Origin: a virus
IMG/VR virus record: IMGVR_UViG_3300045988_160113
Span: 71,791 to 135,790 of that record
DNA length: 64,000 nt
Reading direction: 5' to 3' (one strand)
Below are positions 17,766 to 26,936 of this stretch, in pieces; the stretch's first letter is position 1; every line of letters starts with the position of its first letter. A model generated the notes under the pieces. The model was not told the origin of the DNA. It was given only the letters and a program-made list of their open reading frames with translations, and searched no databases. The position numbers and the translations under genes are program-made.

Positions 17766-17828
17766 GTCCGCGGAGGAAAATATTTTCTAAAAATTATCAA
17801 ATAACATTTTATAAGGAGATTTTATTCA

Positions 17829-18203
17829 ATGGCTGAATTCAATCTTATCAATCGTGCAGAAAATATGGTTGACTATTTATTAACAATTACAGATAAAGCA
17901 CCTAAAAAACTTCGCTCAGATATTATCCCAGAACTTCGTAGAGCAAGTTTCAAATGTATTCAAGCAATCATTAAAGCTAATAATTGTCCACTTGACAAAA
18001 CTCAACCTTATTATACTGAACTTAGAAAACAATACCAACTTGAAACTAAAAGTTTTCTTCAAACAATTAGTGCTTATTCTGAGATTTGTATGAAGCATAA
18101 CTACATTACTAAGAAACAATTCGATGTACTAAACGACCATATTTTCAAATGTCAAGATACCCTTATAAAATGGATGACTTCAGATGAAAATCGTTTGAAG
18201 TAA
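17829..18203 (+). CDS. avd: Accessory variability determinant (Avd, four-helix-bundle family)
   Basis: 124 aa, helical. Carries ...TDKAPKKLRSDIIPELRR...AIIKAN. Sits between target and TR. Confidence 0.75.
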   Translation: MAEFNLINRAENMVDYLLTITDKAPKKLRSDIIPELRRASFKCIQAIIKANNCPLDKTQPYYTELRKQYQLETKSFLQTISAYSEICMKHNYITKKQFDVLNDHIFKCQDTLIKWMTSDENRLK

Positions 18204-18215
18204 CAGGTATATAAC

Positions 18216-18323
18216 TTGCGGTCCTCTAATGCCGACAATTCTAACAATGCGTGGAATGTGAACGGTAACAATGGTAATTTGAACAACAATGATGTTACTA
18301 ATAGTAATGTCGTGCGGCCCGCG
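18216..18323 (+). repeat. DGR template repeat (TR)
   Basis: 32 adenines. Reads as AAT/AAC-rich codons (N at the variable positions). Shares the 3' GTCGTGCGGCCCGCG with VR. Confidence 0.9.
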
Positions 18324-18470
18324 ATTAGGAAATAAAACAAAGATTTGTTTATAGTAACATGGGTTCTATACAATATCTTTTTTCTAAGGAGTTATATCCC
18401 TTCTGTAAAAAGAAAAATATTACTTGTGTATGATTATATCGTAACTATGTAATCTGCACTTCTTAGGAGG

Positions 18471-19403
18471 TTGCACAAGTTGTATAAAGAAATTTTGTGT
18501 AATTTTGATAATATTTATAAAGCTTATAAAATAGCTCATAGAGGAAAAACAGATGATAAAGAAGTAATTGAGTTTGATAAAGATAAGATATATAATTTGA
18601 AAAAATTACAAGAAAAACTATTGAATAAACAATGGGATGAAATATTTACCTATTATAGGTTTGTAATTACCGACCCGAAGAAAAGAACTGTTGATGCTTT
18701 ACATTTTGAAGGTAGAATAGTTCAACACGTTCTTTGTGATTTGATATTGAGACCTTACTTTGAAAGAAGATTGATAAAGGAAAATGCGGCTTGTAGAATA
18801 AATAAAGGAACTGAGTACGCAGTGAATTTATTGAAAAAAGGTATTATTGAATATTATAAGAAAAATGATGACGGTTATGTTCTTCAAGCCGATGTTCATA
18901 AATATTTTCCAAGTATTGATAGAAAGAAATTGAAGGAGATAATTGATTATCCAAATAAAGAGATTTTAGAATTGATTCATTGGATTATTGATTGCGCGCC
19001 TGGCAATGGTATTCCTATTGGTAATCAGTCTTCACAATGGTTTGCTTTATATTATTTGGATAAAATTGATAGAATTATCAAAGAGAAGTATAGATGTAAG
19101 ATTTATGTCAGATATATGGATGATTTGATAGTTATAGATAAAAGTAAAGATAAACTAAAAAGAATTTTAGGTGATATTATACGAATCGGCCGAGAATTCG
19201 GATTGGAATTCAATGGAAAGACGCAAATATTCCCGCTAAGAAAAGGAATTTGTTTTTTGAGTTGGAAGTTCATTAGAAAAGAAAATATAATAAAACTGTT
19301 GAATCCAAGAAAGAAGTCAGGGAAAATAAAGAAGATAAAAGAAATTTTCAATGAAGGACCTGATAAGTTTGGGAGCGTTTTCAGTCTATGCGCGCCTACT
19401 TAA
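18471..19403 (+). CDS. DGR reverse transcriptase
   Basis: IPIGNQSSQWFALYYL (the SQ hallmark) and YVRYMDDLIVI (YMDD). TTG start after aggagg. Confidence 0.9.
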   Translation: MHKLYKEILCNFDNIYKAYKIAHRGKTDDKEVIEFDKDKIYNLKKLQEKLLNKQWDEIFTYYRFVITDPKKRTVDALHFEGRIVQHVLCDLILRPYFERRLIKENAACRINKGTEYAVNLLKKGIIEYYKKNDDGYVLQADVHKYFPSIDRKKLKEIIDYPNKEILELIHWIIDCAPGNGIPIGNQSSQWFALYYLDKIDRIIKEKYRCKIYVRYMDDLIVIDKSKDKLKRILGDIIRIGREFGLEFNGKTQIFPLRKGICFLSWKFIRKENIIKLLNPRKKSGKIKKIKEIFNEGPDKFGSVFSLCAPT

Positions 19404-19473
19404 GATTAGGAAACACTTACTATTTTAGAAAGAAAAGACTGATATATAATTATATATAAAGGAGGTCACCTAT

Positions 19474-20292
19474 ATGAAATATGTTGGCGAAAATGCCCTC
19501 AAAAAATGGACTTCATTAGTCAAGTCCGACATAAAGAAAAAACTCGACAAAAACCAAGGCACTGCTAATTCTGGCAAAATTCTTGGTGTCAATGCGACTG
19601 GTGAAGTTGCACCTACTGATACTGAGGTTGCTACTCTGGTGGACGTCCCCAATGGGATTGTAAAGGGAGATGGGAGTACACTGAGTGCGGCAGTAGCAGG
19701 GACGGACTATATGGCTCCAGTTACCGGTGGTTCTTCCGGTCAAGTGCTGACGAAAACCGCCGATGGGCAGGAGTGGGCAGACGCGGCGGGGGGCGATGTG
19801 TTCTGGATTCACGCGACGTTGAGCGGGGCTACCGTTACCGCAGACAAAACCCCCAGCGAAGTCAAAGAAGCAATGGTAGCTGGGAAATTATGCCTTTTGG
19901 ATATTGGTTTTCCATATCCAACATTGGTTGGAGGCGATGTGCGGAATGTGTCGGGTATTCCTCAAAGCATAATATTTACAGCAGTTAAAGAGAAAAGTAA
20001 GGATTCAGAAGCAGGAACAGTCTACTCAGTGACATGCAGTTTTACAGTCGATGCATGGCAGGCTCTCACAAAAACCATTATCCCAAGAATACCTATACCG
20101 AATAGCTCCAACGAGGGCAAATTTGTAAAATCGATCTATGATGATGGTGACGAGGCGTATTATGCACGCTGGCAACCCATCGCCCCCTCCGACATCGGCG
20201 CTATCGCAAGCGGCAACATCGTCAAGCAGACGCTTGTGAACGTTGAGACCACGCCGACCGAGAACTACGCCATCAACTGGCTGTTCGGCTAA
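19474..20292 (+). CDS. Tail-fibre protein, chimeric (AT-rich 5' end, GC-rich remainder)
   Basis: N-terminus ...GIVKGDGSTLSAAVAGTDYMAP. Composition switches near 19640. Confidence 0.6.
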   Translation: MKYVGENALKKWTSLVKSDIKKKLDKNQGTANSGKILGVNATGEVAPTDTEVATLVDVPNGIVKGDGSTLSAAVAGTDYMAPVTGGSSGQVLTKTADGQEWADAAGGDVFWIHATLSGATVTADKTPSEVKEAMVAGKLCLLDIGFPYPTLVGGDVRNVSGIPQSIIFTAVKEKSKDSEAGTVYSVTCSFTVDAWQALTKTIIPRIPIPNSSNEGKFVKSIYDDGDEAYYARWQPIAPSDIGAIASGNIVKQTLVNVETTPTENYAINWLFG

Positions 20293-20302
20293 GGAGGCGC
20301 GC

Positions 20303-21433
20303 ATGGCTACATTTACTGTAGAGATAACGCCAGATTCTAGCAACGGTACTATCGCCCACGCAGTCGGAAAGTTTTCCGGAGGGTCAAGCAGCTATAAAGG
20401 TCGGCGACGCATGAACGTTACCGTCAGCGGCGTCGGGACATTTTCTGCGTTATCGCCGGAGACAAGCGGAGGCGAAAACACTTTTTCTCTCGACATCACG
20501 GGGCTGACGCCGGGGACAACGTACAACTGGAGCGCGTCACTCTACTACAAACATACGTCCGGGGGTTGGGTGACAGCAGGATCGCAGTACGATAAATCCG
20601 GAAGCTTTACGACGAAAAGTAAAACCCCTACATTACCAAAAACGCTCGTCAACGGCACTGCTTACGACGTTAAGGGCGGGAAGTGCCTCGTCAACGGCAC
20701 GGTGTACAATATCCTCAAGGGCAGGACGCTTATCGGCGGGACGGGGTATGATATTGCGCTGTCGAGCGCGGGGACAAAGATTGAGACGCTGAACGTGGGA
20801 CAATCAGTATATGCAAATGTTGGTGGCGTGCGCAAGGAATTCATCGTTGTCCATCAGGGCAAGCCAAGTTCTTTGTACGATGATTCCTGCAATGGCACTT
20901 GGCTGTTGATGAAGGATATCTACGAGAATAGGCAGTGGAACAGTTCCGATTCCAACGTATATGAAACCAGCACGGTCAACACTTACCTTAACGGGCCGTT
21001 TCTTGGGCTGTTTGACTCTAACATTCAAGGGATTATCAAACAGGTCAAGATACCGTACCGCAAAGGTGGCGGCAGCGGCACTGACCAGTCCGGCGCAAAT
21101 GGCCTGTCCGCGAAGATATTTTTGTTGTCTGGTTACGAAGTAGGCTGGACGACCAGCAACCACGAGTTGTTCCCACAGGATGGCGCGAAGCTGTCCTACT
21201 TTGAGTCTGGGACCGGCACGTCCGCCAACAAGAAGCGCATTGCGTACCTGGACGGCTCGGTCGCCATCTGGTGGCTCCGCTCCCCGAACATCGGCTACAC
21301 CGACGGGGTATGGCGCATCAGCGCCGGTGGCAGCTACGACTACAACAACGCATCCCGCTCGTACGGCATCCGCCCCTGCATCATTCTCCCGTCCACTACC
21401 CTCGTGGATGACGAATTCAATCTTACCACTTAA
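20303..21433 (+). CDS. RBP paralogue of the DGR target (WWLRSP...GIRPC C-terminus)
   Basis: Start at taaGGAGGcgcgcATG. ...TVNTYLNGPF...IFLLSGYEVG...IWWLRSPNIGYTDGVWRISAGGSYDYNNASRSYGIRPC. Confidence 0.6.
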   Translation: MATFTVEITPDSSNGTIAHAVGKFSGGSSSYKGRRRMNVTVSGVGTFSALSPETSGGENTFSLDITGLTPGTTYNWSASLYYKHTSGGWVTAGSQYDKSGSFTTKSKTPTLPKTLVNGTAYDVKGGKCLVNGTVYNILKGRTLIGGTGYDIALSSAGTKIETLNVGQSVYANVGGVRKEFIVVHQGKPSSLYDDSCNGTWLLMKDIYENRQWNSSDSNVYETSTVNTYLNGPFLGLFDSNIQGIIKQVKIPYRKGGGSGTDQSGANGLSAKIFLLSGYEVGWTTSNHELFPQDGAKLSYFESGTGTSANKKRIAYLDGSVAIWWLRSPNIGYTDGVWRISAGGSYDYNNASRSYGIRPCIILPSTTLVDDEFNLTT

Positions 21434-21445
21434 AGGAGTGAAACT

Positions 21446-22246
21446 ATGTCAACTTACATCAAAGTCAACAACACCGAATACCCCGCGACCATCACGGGCG
21501 AGCACAAAGACCGCACGTGGGGTGAGCGCGAGGTCAAGAACATCCGCCTGACGATGACCGCCACCGAGGCGGCGGCGCTGCTACCCGACAACACGCCGTG
21601 GAGCATCGTACAGCGCGACACCGTACCTAAGTACGATGAGGACGGCAAGCCCACGGGCGAGACCGAGGAGGTCGTCAACGAGTGGGACAACAGCGCGTAC
21701 AGCCTGAGCGGGGCGATCACCGACCACCGCGACGGCACGGTCACGGTCAAGATGGGAAAGCCCACGGAGACCGAGAGCGCCAAAGCGACCGTCACCGCCC
21801 TTGCTGGCGAGCCGGTCACATACGCCCGCGCGGTGGAGCTACGCCCCATTATCGAGCAGACAGCGGTCAGCCTGAGCGACGGCGAGGCGGCAAGCGTGCC
21901 GGAACTCATCACAGCATGGGCGTACCCCGTTGATTACGCTGAGGGCGACCGCAGGAGCTACGGCGGTAAGGTGCACAAGTGCCGTCAGGCACATACCTCG
22001 CAGGCCGACTGGACGCCGGACAAGACGCCCGCGTTGTGGGCGGTCATCGACGCCGAGCACGCGGGCACGCAGGCAGACCCCATCCCGGCAGCGCGCGGCA
22101 TGGAGTACGAGTACGGCAAGTACTACCTCGACGGCGAGGACGGCAAGGTGTACCTCTGCGAGCGCACGGGCGAGCAGGCGGGCGGCAAGATCACGCTGCA
22201 ATACCTGCCGCACGAGCTGGTGGGCAACTATTTCAAGGCGGCCTAA
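21446..22246 (+). CDS. Protein with CBM5/12-like carbohydrate-binding repeats
   Basis: YGGKVHKCRQAHTSQADWTPDKTPALWAVI plus a second degenerate copy. Confidence 0.55.
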   Translation: MSTYIKVNNTEYPATITGEHKDRTWGEREVKNIRLTMTATEAAALLPDNTPWSIVQRDTVPKYDEDGKPTGETEEVVNEWDNSAYSLSGAITDHRDGTVTVKMGKPTETESAKATVTALAGEPVTYARAVELRPIIEQTAVSLSDGEAASVPELITAWAYPVDYAEGDRRSYGGKVHKCRQAHTSQADWTPDKTPALWAVIDAEHAGTQADPIPAARGMEYEYGKYYLDGEDGKVYLCERTGEQAGGKITLQYLPHELVGNYFKAA

Positions 22247-22377
22247 GGTCGCAGAAAGGGAGCGAACCAATGGGAGATTTGGCAAGGGTCGTATCGGTGT
22301 GCTCGGAGATCACGGTTATCCTCAGTGCGTAAAGTAAGAGTCCAACAAAATTTCAACAAAAATTTTTCTCTCGAAAT

Positions 22378-22406
22378 TTGACTTTTCTTCAAACTTCAAC
22401 TATAAT
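22378..22406 (+). promoter_or_regulatory. sigma70-type promoter
   Basis: TTGACT-17 bp-TATAAT. Confidence 0.6.
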
Positions 22407-22502
22407 ATAATTAGAGAGTGGGAAGAGAACACTCTCCTACCTTATTTACTTATTTTTCTTTCTCTTCCCACTCTACTACATTATACTATGGAGGAATTTA
22501 CC

Positions 22503-22856
22503 ATGTCTGAATCCGCTCATCATGCTCCTGCGCCCGTTCCGCAACCGATTCCAGTTTATAAAACCGTCGATATTTCTACAGTCAAACGACAAGGTGATAC
22601 TTGGTTACTAAACTCTCAACTCACCTATACCGATTCTCAAAACTTCTCATCTGTCCATTTTATCTCAAATGGTCAATCATTTACCGCTATTTCTCATTAC
22701 CCAAAAGACAATTCCGAATGTCTTTATTATGACCTCATCAAAGTCAATAACGGCTCTCCATTTTGGCTTGATGATAACTATCGAGTAATATCACTTACTC
22801 ATAAACCAGATAAGAAATTACTCGCCTGGCTTACTGCTAATGGCGTAAAGATATAG
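22503..22856 (+). CDS. Hypothetical protein
   Basis: Start at ATG 22503 after ggagga. Confidence 0.45.
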   Translation: MSESAHHAPAPVPQPIPVYKTVDISTVKRQGDTWLLNSQLTYTDSQNFSSVHFISNGQSFTAISHYPKDNSECLYYDLIKVNNGSPFWLDDNYRVISLTHKPDKKLLAWLTANGVKI

Positions 22857-22864
22857 ATTTTTAG

Positions 22865-22889
22865 GAGAGCGGAAGCTCTTCTTTTTTTA
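22865..22889 (+). terminator. Rho-independent terminator
   Basis: agagc-ggaa-gctct followed by T8. Confidence 0.55.
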
Positions 22890-22902
22890 TAGGAGGAATA
22901 TA

Positions 22903-23694
22903 ATGACAGAACAAAACCTGCGTAGGCTAGTAGTAGACACATTCTGTTCCTATAATGGTGCCAAACAGAATTCTACTAAACACAAAAACCTTATTGACAC
23001 ATACAACACAATTATCCCTCTTCCTCGTGGAGTGAAGATGACTTACTCCATGTCTTGGTGTGCGGCAACAGTAAGCGCGATTTCACAGAAGCTTGGACTG
23101 ACAGATATTCTTCTTCCTGAGTGTTCCTGCTCCAAAATGATTGAAGCGTATCAAAAAATTGGCCGCTGGGAAGAGCGTGATAACTATGTTCCTCAGATTG
23201 GCGACTTAGTTATGTATGACTGGCAAGATGGAAGTGATTATGTTAGTGTAGATAATACCGGTGCACCCGACCATGTTGGTATGGTGGTTGATGTGAATAA
23301 GGCTTCGAAAATGATGAGAATTATCGAAGGGAATAAAGGAACTCCATCAACTTGTGGATATCGATCACTACAAATCAATGGACGATTTATTAGAGGATTC
23401 TGTTTACCAGATTATGCAAAGGCTGCTAAGACATACAAGACAAGTTCCACTACAAAAATTGAATATTGTAGCGTAAACCTACCAGTTCTCACTCAAGGCG
23501 CGACTGGACAAACTGTAGAGACACTACAAGTTATACTGCGCGCGCTGGGATATAAGATTGATTTAGATGGTTCTTTCGGTCCTGCGACGGCGAATGCACT
23601 CAGTCAGTTCCAGAAAGGGAGTGGCCTAGCGGTTGATAAGTCCTGTGGACCTCTTACATGGACCGCTTTGATTACAGGAGGAGAATTGAAATGA
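22903..23694 (+). CDS. Endolysin: CHAP/NlpC-P60 domain + PG_binding_1
   Basis: SWCAATVS (Cys), DHVGMV (His). C-terminus DGSFGPATANALSQFQKGSGLAVDKSCGPLTW. Confidence 0.75.
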   Translation: MTEQNLRRLVVDTFCSYNGAKQNSTKHKNLIDTYNTIIPLPRGVKMTYSMSWCAATVSAISQKLGLTDILLPECSCSKMIEAYQKIGRWEERDNYVPQIGDLVMYDWQDGSDYVSVDNTGAPDHVGMVVDVNKASKMMRIIEGNKGTPSTCGYRSLQINGRFIRGFCLPDYAKAAKTYKTSSTTKIEYCSVNLPVLTQGATGQTVETLQVILRALGYKIDLDGSFGPATANALSQFQKGSGLAVDKSCGPLTWTALITGGELK

Positions 23695-24677
23695 AATACT
23701 ATGTATCTAATGGTATCAAAATTATTGAATGCGCGCCCAGTGAATTCAAAGTGGTCATGGTGAATCAACACAAGAAAAATGTGCGCAAGTCCACTTTTGT
23801 AAATGCGAATTTCTTTGCGGGTGGGCAGAAACTCAACAATGAAGTATTCACGTTACCAGTAAATCACCTTATTTGTGATTATGAAGCAAGTGGAAACTCG
23901 GAGCGGATTCGTAATGAGCAGCGTGGCACTTTCAAAGGTAATAAATATTACTATGATTCTTACTCTTACGGCGCACCCACTGACCAATTCTATCATAAAA
24001 CCTTGACTGTCTTGGCTATCAAGAACAAAAAGCCAAGCATCTTTGATATGGCTGTATTGGATAAGTCATATGAATATCTTGTTGCTGGTATTCCAGTAAT
24101 GAAGAATGGCAAGGATGTAAAGTGGAAGACTTATGTTTCTAAGCAAGGTTGGACTGGTGGTGAGCTATATGGAACCTATCACATTTTTGCTGGTTTGAAG
24201 AATGGAACTGACACTATTTACCTAATGAGTTGGAAAACTACTTCTTCAAATTTGATTTATAGTGGTGAAGCATTTAGAAGGTTCTCAGCGATGGGTTTTA
24301 GGGATGTCATCAAGCTTGATGGCGGTGGCAGTGAGATTATGAGGTATAACAATGTTACCAAGCACGCGACTGCTGAAAATCGGCAAATCAGCGCCATTAT
24401 TGAGGTAGTTGGTAAAGAAGTTGCTACAACTCCAAATCGTCCACAGAGCAAGGCTAATCCATACGCAGTCCCCACCAAGGCTCTCAAACGTGGCTCGACT
24501 GGTAATGGAGTTCGCTGGATGCAGTTCCAACTAAATAAAGCTGGATTTACTTGTTCTATTGATGGCTCTTTCGGCCCAGCAACTGAGAAGGCACTCAAGT
24601 CCTATCAATCTGCGCGCAGTCTCGAAGTTGATGGAAGCTGTGGTCCTGCTACTCGCGCGGCATTGAAGAAGGAATAA
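23691..24677 (+). CDS. Second cell-wall hydrolase (phosphodiester-glycosidase-like) + PG_binding_1
   Basis: ATGA overlap. KLDGGGSE motif. C-terminus DGSFGPATEKALKSYQSARSLEVDGSCGPATR. Confidence 0.55.
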   Translation: MKYYVSNGIKIIECAPSEFKVVMVNQHKKNVRKSTFVNANFFAGGQKLNNEVFTLPVNHLICDYEASGNSERIRNEQRGTFKGNKYYYDSYSYGAPTDQFYHKTLTVLAIKNKKPSIFDMAVLDKSYEYLVAGIPVMKNGKDVKWKTYVSKQGWTGGELYGTYHIFAGLKNGTDTIYLMSWKTTSSNLIYSGEAFRRFSAMGFRDVIKLDGGGSEIMRYNNVTKHATAENRQISAIIEVVGKEVATTPNRPQSKANPYAVPTKALKRGSTGNGVRWMQFQLNKAGFTCSIDGSFGPATEKALKSYQSARSLEVDGSCGPATRAALKKE

Positions 24678-24678
24678 T

Positions 24679-24707
24679 TTGACTTTTGAATTCTTTTATG
24701 ATATAAT
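24679..24707 (+). promoter_or_regulatory. sigma70-type promoter
   Basis: TTGACT-17 bp-TATAAT. Confidence 0.6.
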
Positions 24708-24752
24708 ATATATAAAGGTGGATGACACCAATAAATATGAGAGGATTATAAA

Positions 24753-24971
24753 ATGGTAAAGCTAAGCGTAACAGAAAAGTATCGTGCAGAGACTCGTGAG
24801 GAAGCAGAAGATTTCATTCGTGCACAGCGTGAGAATGGAGCTAAGGAAGGGTATGATATTACTAAAGCTGAGTATACCCATAAAGACAAGAAAAAGGGTG
24901 GGGAGATTATTGATTCGTGTGAAGTAGTCACCATCACTAAGGTCTATTGTGGTATGTGGGACATGGAGTAA
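24753..24971 (+). CDS. Hypothetical protein
   Basis: ORF track. Confidence 0.45.
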   Translation: MVKLSVTEKYRAETREEAEDFIRAQRENGAKEGYDITKAEYTHKDKKKGGEIIDSCEVVTITKVYCGMWDME

Positions 24972-24973
24972 CT

Positions 24974-25141
24974 ATGGAAAAAACCTATACTTGCTACACT
25001 TGCCTCAATTTTGATGAACTTTGCTCCAAACTCGAAAATGGTGAGCGGCCTCCAAAAATTTGTAAAAAGTGCGCATGGCATGAGCAGGGAGATGAACTCC
25101 CTCTCAAGAAGCGCCCTAATTATATTTCAATGAATCTATAA
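24974..25141 (+). CDS. Small Cys-containing protein
   Basis: Start at MEKTYTCYTC. Confidence 0.4.
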   Translation: MEKTYTCYTCLNFDELCSKLENGERPPKICKKCAWHEQGDELPLKKRPNYISMNL

Positions 25142-25153
25142 GGAGAATCAACT

Positions 25154-25567
25154 ATGGAAATTTTTCAACAGTGTCTAACCGAACTACTCCGTGTAGTAGT
25201 CCTTGTTATCATCGCCGGTTTTGGTGTTCTTGCCCGTATGTATCTTGTTCCTCTACTCAAGTCTTGGGTTGAAAAGGCTAAGTCTGCCGCAGATAAAGCT
25301 GGTATTGACCTAACTGCCGAACAGGTTGAACAGGCAAAGAAGATTATTGCTGCGATGGTTGCTTCGGCATATCGTTTAAAGCTCGGTGGTAAGATTGAAG
25401 ATGCTAAGGCTTATGTCAATGAGCTGGCAAAGACTGAACTTGCTAAACTTGGCATTGAACTGAGTGATGAAATGATTGATGAGTTTCGTCGTGCGGCGCT
25501 TGGTGAGCTTGAGCGCACTATGGCCGAGTGGAAGACTCTTACTGAAATTGAGGGAGAGACAGAGTAA
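25154..25567 (+). CDS. Holin candidate (LL-H-like: one N-terminal TM + long helical tail)
   Basis: LLRVVVLVIIAGFGVLARMYLVPLL. Lies adjacent to the lysins. Confidence 0.45.
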   Translation: MEIFQQCLTELLRVVVLVIIAGFGVLARMYLVPLLKSWVEKAKSAADKAGIDLTAEQVEQAKKIIAAMVASAYRLKLGGKIEDAKAYVNELAKTELAKLGIELSDEMIDEFRRAALGELERTMAEWKTLTEIEGETE

Positions 25568-25585
25568 TCTGTCTCTCTTTTTTTT
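25554..25585 (+). terminator. Rho-independent terminator ending the late region
   Basis: gagagacag-agtaat-ctgtctctc followed by T8. Confidence 0.75.
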
Positions 25586-25590
25586 GAAAT

Positions 25591-25619
25591 TTGATTTTTG
25601 AAGAAAAATTTTGTATAAT
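25591..25619 (+). promoter_or_regulatory. sigma70-type promoter with conserved leader
   Basis: TTGATT-17 bp-TATAAT, then ATAGAAAGTGAGGAAAG. Confidence 0.65.
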
Positions 25620-25643
25620 GATTATAGAAAGTGAGGAAAGATT

Positions 25644-25868
25644 ATGAAAGGTATTGAGGAAATTTTATACCATTTCAAGGCTTGGTTTAGAAGTCTTGGC
25701 TTATCAGTATATAATGTAAAGTTATGGCGGGAAGAAGAAACTAAAAATGTATATGTAGGAAGTCAGTTTTTCTTTAGATATAAAGCAGCAAAATTTTGGA
25801 AAGATAGCTGGGATGAAGATAAAGAAATTACTGCTACTATCACTAAAGAAACCGTATTCTTATTTTGA
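25644..25868 (+). CDS. Hypothetical protein
   Basis: ORF track. Confidence 0.45.
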   Translation: MKGIEEILYHFKAWFRSLGLSVYNVKLWREEETKNVYVGSQFFFRYKAAKFWKDSWDEDKEITATITKETVFLF

Positions 25869-25995
25869 TTATGAAAGTAGAAAAAGGAACTATTGCTAAA
25901 CTTCGTCGTTGCGCGCGGATTGAACCATTGTTTCCAGAGTTGAAATGGTGGCAGAAAATTTATTTGAGAATCTATGAAAGGGTACGGGGTGTATT

Positions 25996-26145
25996 ATGGA
26001 AGATAAGAAGGAAGATAGGAATTCGACCTCGAAGATGACTCCTGAACAGTTAGAAAAATGGCTTGCTCTGCGTAAGAAGTGTCATGTGCATAAGAGCAAG
26101 AAAGACTATACTCGAAAGGAGAAGCATAAGAAACAGTATGAATAA
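25996..26145 (+). CDS. Small basic ORF (49 aa)
   Basis: Own translation MEDKKEDRNSTSKMTPEQLEKWLALRKKCHVHKSKK.... ATGAATAA overlap with the next gene. Confidence 0.3.
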   Translation: MEDKKEDRNSTSKMTPEQLEKWLALRKKCHVHKSKKDYTRKEKHKKQYE

Positions 26146-26347
26146 AAATATTATATTTGGATTCAAACTTGCTTTGGCAGTATTTTGCTCGGTATTTAGC
26201 TTGATTTTACCTTATGTATTTCTTTTTTATATTGTTACTCATCCTGTTTGGTGGATTTGGCTGTTAGGATTTCCTACTCTTGCCGCGCTAATTGCTCTTG
26301 AAGTATGTATTTGTGAATATATATGGGAGGAATGGATTGATGATTGA
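26138..26347 (+). CDS. Small membrane protein
   Basis: Start MNKNIIFGF; two TM segments. Confidence 0.45.
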   Translation: MNKNIIFGFKLALAVFCSVFSLILPYVFLFYIVTHPVWWIWLLGFPTLAALIALEVCICEYIWEEWIDD

Positions 26348-26936
26348 TAATTTTGAGAATATAAAGAATATTCCAGTTACAAATATGACTATTGGAGATA
26401 TTTTGAAATATTTTGAAGTTGTTACTGAACGTGAACACAATAGTGAAGAAGAAGTAAAGAGAAGTATGTCTGAGGTTGCTAATCGTTTTATGGTAGAAGC
26501 GATGTATAAATATTATAATCCTAATGAATATCAAAGCGAGACATCAAAGGTTTCTATGCGCAAGGATGGCGAAAACTGGGAAAAAGGGGGAATAATTAGT
26601 GGTTATTTTTATCCACCCAATTCACGAGCGGCTATTGTCAGAGAATTGACAAATAAATTCAAAGATGATTTGATTCGAGGGAAAATTTTATTTTCAGAAG
26701 AGAATAAAAATTTTTTCTTCAAAACCGCAGACCATCCTACCTGTAAACTTACTCTTAGCATCGAAGATGGTAATTTAGTTATTACTTATTATATTGGTGA
26801 TACCGTTTATACCAAGAAAATTTTACCTGACTCTTCCGATTTTGTAAATAAAAGTGACGAATTTTGGAAAAAGTATGGGGAAATTATTATATCTTCGTCC
26901 AATGAGTTGGTTGCGCAAATCAATGAAGGTCATTGA
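26340..26936 (+). CDS. Hypothetical protein (paralogue A)
   Basis: PVTNMTIGDILKYFEVVTEREHNSEEEVKRSMSEVANRFMVEAMYK. Confidence 0.5.
   Translation: MIDNFENIKNIPVTNMTIGDILKYFEVVTEREHNSEEEVKRSMSEVANRFMVEAMYKYYNPNEYQSETSKVSMRKDGENWEKGGIISGYFYPPNSRAAIVRELTNKFKDDLIRGKILFSEENKNFFFKTADHPTCKLTLSIEDGNLVITYYIGDTVYTKKILPDSSDFVNKSDEFWKKYGEIIISSSNELVAQINEGH

Larger units (their letters stand above)
16983..19403 (+). other. Diversity-generating retroelement cassette (target-avd-TR-RT)
   Basis: See the component features. Confidence 0.9.
19640..22335 (+). other. GC-rich compositional island (foreign receptor-binding module)
   Basis: Codons switch to G/C-ending and spurious ORFs appear on both strands. The right edge abuts promoter 22378. 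Confidence 0.75.

Noticed and set aside
20026-22337. Many overlapping ORFs on both strands of the GC-rich island (20026-20343, 20804-21163, 21180-21551, 21454-21912, 21839-22285, 21930-22337, 21979-22332)
   Set aside because: This is the high-GC stop-codon-depletion artefact. Products are Arg/Ala/Pro-rich. Only the three RBS-preceded ORFs with recognisable motifs are kept.
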